NCBI GenBank assembly: GCA_938038445.1
Contig: CALHRZ010000005.1
Coordinates: 81,792 to 145,791, forward strand
Reading direction: 5' to 3'
Length of the DNA stretch: 64,000 nucleotides
Source of the DNA: an uncultured bacterium
GTDB lineage: Bacteria; Verrucomicrobiota; Kiritimatiellia; CAIKKV01
The notes under the pieces are model-generated. The model saw only the letters and a list, made by a program, of their open reading frames with translations, was not told where the DNA came from and searched no databases. Of the stretch, positions 49,623 to 59,179 are shown in pieces. Numbering within the stretch: position 1 is the stretch's first letter; every line of letters begins with the position of its first letter. The translations under genes were made by a program, and so were the position numbers.

Positions 49623-51493
49623 ATAAAATTTCCTTTCCGACGGCCCGCAAGGGAAAGGTCCAAGGGCCGTATGCCTAAAGCCCCAGCGGGAGATCCCTCG
49701 CAAAAACGAACTCGGCCTTCCGTATCGGCCTCCACGCGCGCGTCGGCCAACAACAAGTTCCCTCGAGCGGCAGGGGGATAGATCACCGGACCGGAATGTC
49801 GTTCCAGCGACGAAAGACGATCGTGAAGGTCCCAGGTAAACTGGCCGGTCGCGCTTCCCATCACGTTGTCCCGCATCGCGCGGATGGCGGACCAGGCGGT
49901 GTTAAAGCGCACTTCGTCGGCCGCGTTCCATAGGTTCCGCTCCACCATGAACCCTTCGCAATTTACTAGTGAAAACCGCGCCGACCCCCGACTAAGGCAG
50001 ATGTTGTTGCGCAGCACGCAACGCCGGGCCATGTGCATGTGAAGAGCCCAGGGGACATCCACCGCCAGATTGCCTTCGACCCGGCAGTCCTCGCTTTGTT
50101 CATCCAGATACCAAGCATGCGCTCGAACATCGCGGATGGCGCGCGCGTGGTTTCCCCATGCCCGGCAGTTCTTCCCCGCGAACACATAAATGCAGGCGCC
50201 GTCCACCAGTTCCTCCATTACGCTCGAAAAGAAATTGTGGCCGATCTGCAGCGTTTCACCGCCGGCGCTAACGGCCGAGTAGGGCGTATGCCGGAATTCA
50301 TTGTGGAGAATTTGCCCGCCGCAGCCCTTCGCGTGCAGGGCAATCGCGCTGGGGTACGTTCGCCCCGGCTTCAGAAACAACGTATTCCGAACGGTCCAAC
50401 GACTGCCGTCCAATTGGACCCCCCCTGCTCCCGCCTCAATGACCTCGCATCCTTCACATCGAACCTCCTCGCTCTTCAGAAGACGCGCCCCCCATCCCCC
50501 CACGCCATGCAGGACAAGCGATTCCAGGCGCAGCCCCCGGGTGTGCTCCGCTTCCACACTCCCTTCAAAGGCACAGGCTCCAAAACCGCCGGCCTTAAGA
50601 GGCGTGTTGGTCGAGGAAAGCGTGAGCCCGCGGAGACAAACCTCTTGAACCGGTTCACCCTCCGTCCCGGCAATTCTAAGGATCGAAAAACGGCTGGGCG
50701 CGATCACGGTCAGCGATTCCAGGTTCTCGCCCGGTAACGGCCAATAAAAGAGCCGTCCCTGCGCGCGGTCCAAATACCACTGGCCGGGGCGCGTCATCCC
50801 TTCTCGGATATTCCAAATGACAAACGTTCGGGCCTGCTTAACCCATCCCCCAAACGCCCCAGGGGGATGGCCCGCGGGATTCGCAAAAAAAATCGTGCCG
50901 GTCGCGCGATCCGCCGTTTTGACCCCGACAAGGGTTTCATCCCATGCATGATAGATCGTCAGCTCGGCATTCCGGGGATCAAAGCCGGATGGAAGAATTT
51001 CCGGCCGGACACGCAGAGTGGTCCGTTCTTCGAGCGTCGGCTTGCGTTCCCAACCCCCTTTCGAAGAGCTCATCCAACGGACGTCAAACACGCTCTCATG
51101 GGATAAGGCACCCTCTTCGGGATAACGACTTCTGGGTGCAAACCTTCCATTGACCAGTAGGCTCCGAAAATCCCAAATCCCTTCGGAAACCTCCGGAACG
51201 GCGGCCGAAAACCAACCATTGGGTTCACGTATCCAGCCCGTAATAGGCCGCCCGCCGTATAGGATCGGTCGTTCCCCGGGAGCCGATTCAATCGTGAGCC
51301 CGCTGTCACCCGGCCCCAACGTGACTTCCGTATTGAAATAGCGGCCTTCGTGAACCACGATCCGTCTCCACCGACCGATTCCAACCTGCCGGCTCTTCGC
51401 CAGCGCAGCGGCTAGAGTGGCAACGGGCTGCCGGGCGGTGCCGGAATTTCCATCATTTCCAGCCGGACTGACGTGAATAAAAACGCCTTTCAT
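49619..51493 (-). CDS. right-handed parallel beta-helix (pectin-lyase-fold) protein, probable glycan-active enzyme
   Basis: Beta-helix repeat pattern. GGGAG RBS before the ATG at 51493. Confidence 0.6.
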   Translation of the reverse strand: MKGVFIHVSPAGNDGNSGTARQPVATLAAALAKSRQVGIGRWRRIVVHEGRYFNTEVTLGPGDSGLTIESAPGERPILYGGRPITGWIREPNGWFSAAVPEVSEGIWDFRSLLVNGRFAPRSRYPEEGALSHESVFDVRWMSSSKGGWERKPTLEERTTLRVRPEILPSGFDPRNAELTIYHAWDETLVGVKTADRATGTIFFANPAGHPPGAFGGWVKQARTFVIWNIREGMTRPGQWYLDRAQGRLFYWPLPGENLESLTVIAPSRFSILRIAGTEGEPVQEVCLRGLTLSSTNTPLKAGGFGACAFEGSVEAEHTRGLRLESLVLHGVGGWGARLLKSEEVRCEGCEVIEAGAGGVQLDGSRWTVRNTLFLKPGRTYPSAIALHAKGCGGQILHNEFRHTPYSAVSAGGETLQIGHNFFSSVMEELVDGACIYVFAGKNCRAWGNHARAIRDVRAHAWYLDEQSEDCRVEGNLAVDVPWALHMHMARRCVLRNNICLSRGSARFSLVNCEGFMVERNLWNAADEVRFNTAWSAIRAMRDNVMGSATGQFTWDLHDRLSSLERHSGPVIYPPAARGNLLLADARVEADTEGRVRFCEGSPAGALGIRPLDLSLAGRRKGNFI

Positions 51494-51933
51494 CGCCGAT
51501 GCTCCCAACCAATAACCACGTTCACCAGTTCAAAACAAACCTGCCGCTTGCTTGGCAGAACGGTCCAGCCCCTTTTCATTTTTTCCTTCCTCGCGCGCAT
51601 ATATATCAAGCGGATGAACCGTGAAAAAGGCTAAAACTGCTCTGGGGCCAGGTTTCCCGGTTTGGTTTCGACGTTCGACTCAGTGAGAAATAGAGTCCGG
51701 GAAATATGGAAAACTGATTTTTTCGTTTTGTCGCTCGGGAACGGAAAAATCGGGCTCCGGCACCGACGGACAAGAACGACAAGAATTCGCCGATAGGAAC
51801 GCCACGTCAGAAACAGGAAGATCAAATGGGATTAACATCAAGGGGAAAATCGGCCTCGTGTTCCACTTTTGGGATTGAAAGCGAAATAACGCCTCGGCTA
51901 TAGTGTCCGCGATTTACAAGGAGGAGGAATTTC

Positions 51934-53217
51934 ATGCGGCGCTCAAAGAGTTTGAAGATGGGGACCTCAGGCAAGTTCATTCGCGTCGGAGTCGTGGGGG
52001 TTGGCCGAGGCTGTAGTTTCGCCTCTGGGGCTAATGAAATTGTCGGAATGAAGTTGGTCGCTCTTTGCGACACGTGGGAAGCCAGGCTCCGAGAGGCCGG
52101 CAAACGCTACAACGTCACGGTCTATACCGATTACGATAAATTTCTTGAGCACGAGATGGATGCCGTCATTCTCGCCAACTACTTCCATCAGCATGCCCCC
52201 TTCGCCATAAAAGCCCTCGAAGCCGGGTTCCACGTGATGAGTGAAACCTCCTCCAACGCAACACTCGCCGAAGGCGTTGCGCTCTGCCGCGCCGTGGAAA
52301 AGAGCGGCAAAATCTATATGCTGGCGGAAAACTACCCGTATACCGCCTTTCATCTGGAAATGCGCCGCCTTTACCGCACCGGCGAAATCGGGGAAGTAAC
52401 TTACGCGGAAGGCGAATACAACCACCCGATGTCGCCGGAAGGCCGCCTCAGTATTTCCCAGGGAATGAACCATTGGCGCAATTGGTTGCCCTCTACGTAC
52501 TACTGCACCCATGCGCTGGCCCCTTTGATGATGATCACAGACCGCATGCCGATTTCCGTCAATGCGCTTTCCATCGCCAATCGGGAAATTGATGCCCAAA
52601 CCGTGCGAGTGGGCGACCCCGGTAGCTGCATCCTATGCCGAATGGACAACGGCGCCGTTTTCCGCATCTTTGGCCTCCTCCTCCCCGGCCACAGCTGCTG
52701 GACCCGCATTCACGGAACCCGCGGAGCCATGGAAATTCTCCGCGGCTCCGGCTATTTCGGTTCCCAACAGATCCGTGTCTGGCATGAGGATTGGCTTCGA
52801 ACGCCCGGTCAGCCTGCGGACCGCACCTACGTTCCGGATTGGCCGGAACATGGCGACCTCGCGCGCCGTGCAGGCCATGGCGGCGGCGATTTCTGGACCA
52901 ACTTCGAATTCGCAAACGCCATCCGCTCCGGTAGCCCTCCTTATCTCGACGTTTATCGGGGCGTCACCATGAGCAGCGTCGGGATTCTCGCCTGGAAAAG
53001 CGCGCTCGAAAACGGCCGCCCCTTTGAAGTGCCCGATTTCAAAAACGAGGAAAAACGAAAAGCTTACGAAAACGACCACTGGTCCCCGTTCCCCGATCAC
53101 GCGCATCTCGCACCCCATCAGCCTCCTCCCAGCATTCTTGGCTTCGTCAAGCCCACACGCGAAGGGATCCGCCTTGCCCGAAAAATCTGGAAAAGCCAGG
53201 GTTTCCCCGGCGTTTGA
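51934..53217 (+). CDS. Gfo/Idh/MocA family oxidoreductase
   Basis: FIRVGVVGVGRGCSF Rossmann and an EKP-like motif. AGGAGGAGG RBS. Confidence 0.85.
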   Translation: MRRSKSLKMGTSGKFIRVGVVGVGRGCSFASGANEIVGMKLVALCDTWEARLREAGKRYNVTVYTDYDKFLEHEMDAVILANYFHQHAPFAIKALEAGFHVMSETSSNATLAEGVALCRAVEKSGKIYMLAENYPYTAFHLEMRRLYRTGEIGEVTYAEGEYNHPMSPEGRLSISQGMNHWRNWLPSTYYCTHALAPLMMITDRMPISVNALSIANREIDAQTVRVGDPGSCILCRMDNGAVFRIFGLLLPGHSCWTRIHGTRGAMEILRGSGYFGSQQIRVWHEDWLRTPGQPADRTYVPDWPEHGDLARRAGHGGGDFWTNFEFANAIRSGSPPYLDVYRGVTMSSVGILAWKSALENGRPFEVPDFKNEEKRKAYENDHWSPFPDHAHLAPHQPPPSILGFVKPTREGIRLARKIWKSQGFPGV

Positions 53218-53253
53218 ATGCCATCCCGCTCCGTCGATAGCCCAAGGAATCCC

Positions 53254-54153
53254 ATGACGGAAACGGAACCCGTCGGTTTTATCGGTCTCGGAATCATGGG
53301 CCGTTCGATGGCCCTCCATCTCCTCGAGGGGGGGCATTCGCTCGTCGTGTATAACCGAACGCGCCAAAAAGCTCTCCCTCTCTTGGATCGCGGCGCAACA
53401 TGGGCTTCTTCCCCCGCCGACGTGGCCGCCCGTTGCGCCGTGGTCTTTACCATCGTGGGCTTTCCCCACGATGTCGAAGAAGTCTACCTGGGGCCGAACG
53501 GTCTAATTTCCAACGCCCGCTCCGGCATGCTGTTCGTCGACATGACGACCTCAAGCCCCGCGCTGGCCGTTCGGATTGCAGAGGCCGCGGCTGTCCGCGG
53601 CGCTGTATCCCTCGACGCGCCCGTCTCGGGGGGCGACAAAGGCGCCCGAGAAGGAACCCTTTCCATAATGGTCGGAGGCGACCCTACCGCCTTCAACCGG
53701 GTCCTTCCTCTTATGCGCCTCATGGGAAAAAACATCGTACACCAAGGACCGGCCGGAAGCGGACAGTCCTGTAAACTGTGCAACCAGATCGTGATCGCGG
53801 GTACCATGATCGGAGTGTGCGAAGCGTTGGCCTTCGCCCGCCGCTCCGGCCTGAATCTCGACCGCATGCTCCAAAGCATTGGCAGCGGAGCGGCAGCAAG
53901 TTGGACGCTTCAGAATCTCGCCCCCCGCATTCTCGCCCAAAACTTCGGCCCAGGCTTCTATGTCAAACATTTCATCAAAGATTTACGCCTCGCAATGGAA
54001 TGGGCCAAACAAAAGGGGCTCGACCTTCCCGGCCTCCGGACCGTCCTCGCCCGTTACGAAGCCCTCGCCTCCCGACCCGGCGGCGAAAATCTCGGCACGC
54101 ACGGTCTTTATCTCCTCTACGACTCCTCCCCTTTTCTCCCGCCGTCGCACTAA
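53254..54153 (+). CDS. NAD(P)-dependent oxidoreductase, 3-hydroxyisobutyrate/tartronate-semialdehyde reductase family
   Basis: VGFIGLGIMG Rossmann, HIBADH-type catalytic region DAPVSGG and a C-terminal NAD-binding_11 domain. Confidence 0.8.
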   Translation: MTETEPVGFIGLGIMGRSMALHLLEGGHSLVVYNRTRQKALPLLDRGATWASSPADVAARCAVVFTIVGFPHDVEEVYLGPNGLISNARSGMLFVDMTTSSPALAVRIAEAAAVRGAVSLDAPVSGGDKGAREGTLSIMVGGDPTAFNRVLPLMRLMGKNIVHQGPAGSGQSCKLCNQIVIAGTMIGVCEALAFARRSGLNLDRMLQSIGSGAAASWTLQNLAPRILAQNFGPGFYVKHFIKDLRLAMEWAKQKGLDLPGLRTVLARYEALASRPGGENLGTHGLYLLYDSSPFLPPSH

Positions 54154-54251
54154 TCATTCGCCGGCCAGTCCTTGCGTTTCGCCCCCGTTTAGGTAATCGG
54201 GCAAGACCCTTCAGGATAGGCCATTTGTTGGCGAGTGGATATCAGCCGCCT

Positions 54252-55355
54252 TTAGAAAGTCAAAGCAACGAGCTCTGTCGTCAAGGCGACCGCCACATCC
54301 ACCTCGCCCCGGACCGTTGTGGTGAACACCACATATCGGTCCCCGCTGCAAAACCGGGGATGCGGGTCATTGTGATAGTTTCTTCCCACATCGTTCGCCC
54401 TTTCCGGATTGTCCGCAAGAACAATCTCTCGCCCGGTCTCGCGATTCAAGAAATGCACGGTGGAAGGACATCCCCGATAAAACCGAGCGGTCGAATCACC
54501 GACAATCCACTGCCCGTTTCGGCTGCTGTGTGAATGCCAACAAGGGCGTGGAAACGCGATTTTTTCGACCGTTTCATCCGCGAGCCGGACCCGCCACGTT
54601 TCGTTCCCCCAGACGCACCAGACATGCGCACCATCTGCATCCCACCATTCGTGTGACACGCGCGTCGGCTTGGAAAATGCCGGCATCGGCGCTTCTCCCC
54701 GCCGTATTCGCCACATGCGGTTCACAATGGGAAACGTCAAGCCCGTAATCGGGTCATGATGATGTTCCTCGGCAAAAAGCACCAGATCGGGTTCCGTCGG
54801 GCTGAACTGCGCATGATTATAGTTCCGGTCAAATCGCCACCAGAACCGCCACGGCTCGCCGTTTAACGTCAGGCTTCCGAAGTAATACCCGAGCCCAATG
54901 CAGAAATCCACGAAAAACTCCCGCCCATCCGCCGAGCGGGTCAAATGCGTCACGGAACGGCTAACGGTTTTATTCTTGACCAGCTCTTCTGGCAAGGAAT
55001 TGACCGCCTCAACAGAGGCATCCGATCCCGGCCCCCCCCGCCAAAGGACACAACCTTCCATCCAATAAACCGCGCCCGTTTCAGGTTCCACATAAGGGTC
55101 CCCTTCGCCAAACCCCGTCTCAGGAAACAGACGGACTTCGTTGCGGAAAAGATCCGCAACGGCCAGTACCCGCTTCCGATTGGGCGGAAAGGCGGCATAG
55201 AACCACAGATACCGCCCGTCCGCACTCATGGAATCGTTGACGAATTAAAACCCCTGCTGAACCGGTGCAACCTTCCGCGTCAGAATGAAAAACCGGGCAC
55301 CTGTCGCGGGATTCTGAAACAGCGTAAAAAGTGGACTCTGGGCGAAGGGCACCAT
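54252..55355 (-). pseudogene. oligogalacturonate-lyase-family (Ogl-like beta-propeller) gene interrupted by an in-frame TAA
   Basis: N-terminal fragment ...FQNPATGARFFILTRKVAPVQQGF, then TAA at 55245-55247, then the same frame continues FVNDSMSADGRYLWF... The C-terminus HNDPHPRFCSGDRYVVF matches the Ogl HPHPSFSPDG motif. The stop falls where a conserved aromatic residue is expected. Confidence 0.55.
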
Positions 55356-55550
55356 CAGGTTTTCTCCTTTCTTGTCCGATATGCGTCCAGGAGGCGTTCT
55401 CGGACTTGACAATCGCTTCCCGAACCCGCGCTTTCCCGATCGGAACCGGAACCCCGTTGACGCGCAATCCATAAAGGGGAAAGGGCGCAACGAAAACCGG
55501 CAGGGGCCAAGGTATCACCCCTCCGGTAGAACGTGAGATCGGCGGCAGAC

Positions 55551-57884
55551 TCATGGCCGAATCTGGATCGCCACCACAGCCGGCGCCAAACCATCCACGG
55601 CCGCCATCAGTTTGACCACCCCGGCCCGACCGGTCGGTTGAACGACCGCTAGAGCCCGTCCTCGCCACAGCCGGTGGATATGCCCCCGAAACGGCTCGGC
55701 ATTTTTCGGGTCCGCATTGGCCACTGCCGCCAACCGTCCCGGCCCGCAAACTGTAAAACAGACCTCCGCATCCGCATCGGGAACCACGACCCCTTTTCGA
55801 TCCGTCAGTTCCACCTGCACGAAGGATAGATCGTTTCGGTCCGGCCGCAGGCGCTGTCGGTCCGGCCTCAATCGCAGCCGGGAAGGGATCCCGGCGGTTT
55901 GCAAACGCCCTTCGGCAACTGCTTTCTCTCCCCGCCAGGCAACCGCCCGAAGTTCGCCCGGTTCATAGGGCACCTCGAACACCGCGCGATAGCGGACCGA
56001 CTCATCGGCACGCGCCCGCCCAATTGATCGTCCATTCAGCAAGAGTTCGATCGCCTCGCTCTCAAAATAAACCTCCACCTTTAGCGGTTTTCCTTCCATT
56101 CCAGGCCAGTTCCAGGAGAACCGAACGTCCTCCCACCCCCAGCCGGAAACGACCACTTTCTTCCCCTCAGGAACCGGGGGGTGTACCACGATCACGGGGT
56201 GTTTGGCCCGACCCCACAGCACGTCCCGATAATACGATTGCGGCCGCTTGTTCCCGCAAAGATCAATGTCTCCACAGTTGGCCACCGTGTAGGGCCATCC
56301 CGGAAGAAACGACGAACTCTTCTCATCCTCGAATCGGACATGGCCGATTCCTGATTCGCCCAAATAGTCCCAAGCTGTCCACACGAAATCGCCGACGACC
56401 CACGGATATCGTTCCACCGCTTTCCAATACTCGAATTGCTGGGGAGGAAATGATTCCGTAGCCGCGATAAGCCGTTTCGGAAAGCGCTGATGGTCGCGTT
56501 CATACACGTCGAGCCGGTAGTTGTAGCCGCAAAGGTCCAGGACCTCAAAGACCGGATCGGTATCTTCCCATTTCCTTTCCGTCCCCCACACGTTGCAAAT
56601 GCCGGCCGTTATCGGCCGGGTTTTATCCAGTTCACGAATGCGGTCCGCCAACATTCGTGCCAGGGGGGCCCCTTCCGGTTTGTCGCGCTCGATCAACTCA
56701 TTCCCAATGCTCCACGCAATAACCGAAGGGTGATGACGATCGCGCAGCACCATGCTGTCAAGGTCCGTCTTCCACCACCGCTCGAACCACCGATGGTAAT
56801 CGAACGGGTTCTTTCCCGCCCGCCAGCAGTCGAAGGCTTCATTGATGACCAACATTCCCAGGCGGTCGCAAGCGTCCAAAAATGCCGGAGACGGCGGATT
56901 ATGCGCACAACGGACGGCGTTAAACCCATTCGCCTTCAGCCGTTCCACTTTGCGGAACTCGGCACGGTCAATCGCAGCCGAACCCAACGGGCCGCAATCA
57001 TGGTGCACACATCCTCCCCGCATTTTAATGGCCGATCCGTTCAAAAGAAATCCACGGTCAGGTTCGAGGGCGATCATGCGCAGCCCCACCCCCGTCTCTT
57101 CACGGTCCAGCCGCCGCCGAGAGGCGCTCAGTTCCGCTTCCAGACGATAAAGAATTGGACGCTCCGGCGACCACGGCTGAGGCGTACGGACGTTCATCGT
57201 GCTCCGCGCTTCCGCCCTACCCCCGGCCGGCACGACCGCCTCGCCGGACGCCTCCGCGGCCGGCCGTCCCCGCGAATCGAAGAGTCGCCACCGGACGGTA
57301 ACGGATTGATCGCGTTCCGAATGGTTTTCAATCGGAGCTGCCACTTCCAAACGTGCCTCCCGTTTTTCCAGCAAACGGGTCGTCCCCCACAACCCCCACG
57401 GCGCGAAATGAATCGGGTCCCCTACCCGTAGCCAAACATGGCGATAGAGGCCGGAGCCCGAATACCACCGGGTATGGCCGTGGGGCGTGTTGCAAACCTG
57501 AACCGCGAGCACATTCTCGCTCCCCGCCTCGAGAAACGGGGTCAACTCCATGACAAAGGAGGTGTACCCGTAAGGATGGACGCCCAACGTATGGCCGTTC
57601 AACCAAACTTCGGCATCGCGATATACCCCTTCGAATTCAACAAGAACGCGCTTCTCTTTCCATTCCACGGGGACATGAAAATGTTTACGATACCAGCCGA
57701 CACCTTCCTGCGCGTATCCCCCGGAAGCTCCTGTCGGAGCCTCTGGTCGCCTGGGCATTTCGATGCTCCAATCATGCGGAAGATCGAGCCGCCTCCATCC
57801 GGAATCGTCAAAATCCCGGACGGCACTGCCCTTGTTTTCTCCCAACATAAACCGCCAATCCCCGTCCAAACCCACCCGCTTCAT
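55551..57884 (-). CDS. glycoside hydrolase family 2 (beta-galactosidase/beta-glucuronidase-like)
   Basis: GH2 sugar-binding N-terminus WRFMLGEN...DLPHDWSIE, catalytic TIM-barrel region NEAFDCW...WSIGNE, 777 aa. Confidence 0.85.
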   Translation of the reverse strand: MKRVGLDGDWRFMLGENKGSAVRDFDDSGWRRLDLPHDWSIEMPRRPEAPTGASGGYAQEGVGWYRKHFHVPVEWKEKRVLVEFEGVYRDAEVWLNGHTLGVHPYGYTSFVMELTPFLEAGSENVLAVQVCNTPHGHTRWYSGSGLYRHVWLRVGDPIHFAPWGLWGTTRLLEKREARLEVAAPIENHSERDQSVTVRWRLFDSRGRPAAEASGEAVVPAGGRAEARSTMNVRTPQPWSPERPILYRLEAELSASRRRLDREETGVGLRMIALEPDRGFLLNGSAIKMRGGCVHHDCGPLGSAAIDRAEFRKVERLKANGFNAVRCAHNPPSPAFLDACDRLGMLVINEAFDCWRAGKNPFDYHRWFERWWKTDLDSMVLRDRHHPSVIAWSIGNELIERDKPEGAPLARMLADRIRELDKTRPITAGICNVWGTERKWEDTDPVFEVLDLCGYNYRLDVYERDHQRFPKRLIAATESFPPQQFEYWKAVERYPWVVGDFVWTAWDYLGESGIGHVRFEDEKSSSFLPGWPYTVANCGDIDLCGNKRPQSYYRDVLWGRAKHPVIVVHPPVPEGKKVVVSGWGWEDVRFSWNWPGMEGKPLKVEVYFESEAIELLLNGRSIGRARADESVRYRAVFEVPYEPGELRAVAWRGEKAVAEGRLQTAGIPSRLRLRPDRQRLRPDRNDLSFVQVELTDRKGVVVPDADAEVCFTVCGPGRLAAVANADPKNAEPFRGHIHRLWRGRALAVVQPTGRAGVVKLMAAVDGLAPAVVAIQIRP

Positions 57885-59164
57885 ACGGCCGACTCCTCTC
57901 GATGAATTTCCGCTCCCAACGCTCGGAGTTTCTCTTCCACCCGCTCATACCCTCGTTCCACGATCTGCGCATTTTCCACCACACTATCGCCGCGCGCACA
58001 CAACGCCGCCAGAATCAACGCCATGCCGGCCCGGATATCAGGGCTGTTCAAATGAAGACCGTGGAGGGGAGACGGCCCGACCACCACAACCCGATGGGGA
58101 TCGCACTGAATAATTCGCGCCCCCATTTCGATAAGCCGGTCCACAAAATAGAGACGACTCTCGTATAGCTTTTCAAAGAAAAGAACGGTTCCCGACGCTC
58201 GAACGGCCATGACAATCGCCACACTCATCAAATCCGTCGGAAAGGAAGGCCATACCCCATCCTCGATGCGCGGCACCGCAAGGCCGTAGTCATGCATGAC
58301 CCGGAGGCGGCGGCGCGCGGGAAGCCGGAGCCCCCCATCGTCCACAACAAATCCCGCTCCCAGCTTTGCAAAGGTTTGAGCAATGGGGCGCATCTCTTCG
58401 CCGGAAACACCCGGCACCGTCAATTCCCCTCCCGTAATGGCAGCCGCAGCAACAAAACTCCCAATTTCCACAAAGTCCGGCGGAACCGCCCATTCGCCGC
58501 CCCGAAGTTCTGAGACCCCTTCGATCTCCAGCCGGTTGGTCCCAATTCCTGCGATTCGCGCCCCCATCCCAATGAGCATCCGACAAAGCGCCTGTACGTG
58601 GGGCTCGCAGGCCGCATTGAAAAGCACCGTCCGTCCCTCGGCCCGTACCGCAGCCATCACAATGTTTTCCGTGGCCGTCACACTGGCCTCGTCGAGGAGA
58701 ATGTCGGCCCCCTTGAGTCGCCCAACCCGCAACTGATAATTCTTGCCCCCTGCGATCGAAACCCCCAACGCGCCCAATCCCAGAAAATGGGTATCCAGCC
58801 GGCGACGCCCAATGACGTCGCCACCGGGGGGGGCGAGCGTGGCCCTCCCCACCCGGGCGCATAAGGGCCCCGCAAAAAGGATGGAAGCCCGCAATTTCGC
58901 ACACAGAGCAGCGTCTAACCGTCCGCGCCGCACCCCGCGGGCGCAAACCGTCACCGAATCGTCCGTCTGCTCGACGCAAGCACCCAGCCCGCGCAGAAGA
59001 TCCAACATCACCCGCACATCGGCGATGGCGGGAACGGATTTCAATCGGACCGGTTCATCCGTGAGAAGGGTGGCCGCCAACATGGGCAACACGGCATTCT
59101 TGTTGCCGCTCGGCCTCAGCGTTCCGGTTAGCCTTCGTCCTCCCTGGATGAGATACCGGGCCAT
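57881..59164 (-). CDS. murA: UDP-N-acetylglucosamine 1-carboxyvinyltransferase (Asp-type active site)
   Basis: MurA family throughout. The active-site loop is PPGGDVIGRRRLDTH, with Asp in place of the fosfomycin-target Cys115. Confidence 0.9.
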   Translation of the reverse strand: MARYLIQGGRRLTGTLRPSGNKNAVLPMLAATLLTDEPVRLKSVPAIADVRVMLDLLRGLGACVEQTDDSVTVCARGVRRGRLDAALCAKLRASILFAGPLCARVGRATLAPPGGDVIGRRRLDTHFLGLGALGVSIAGGKNYQLRVGRLKGADILLDEASVTATENIVMAAVRAEGRTVLFNAACEPHVQALCRMLIGMGARIAGIGTNRLEIEGVSELRGGEWAVPPDFVEIGSFVAAAAITGGELTVPGVSGEEMRPIAQTFAKLGAGFVVDDGGLRLPARRRLRVMHDYGLAVPRIEDGVWPSFPTDLMSVAIVMAVRASGTVLFFEKLYESRLYFVDRLIEMGARIIQCDPHRVVVVGPSPLHGLHLNSPDIRAGMALILAALCARGDSVVENAQIVERGYERVEEKLRALGAEIHREESAV

Positions 59165-59179
59165 TGCGTCATCCGGGTT

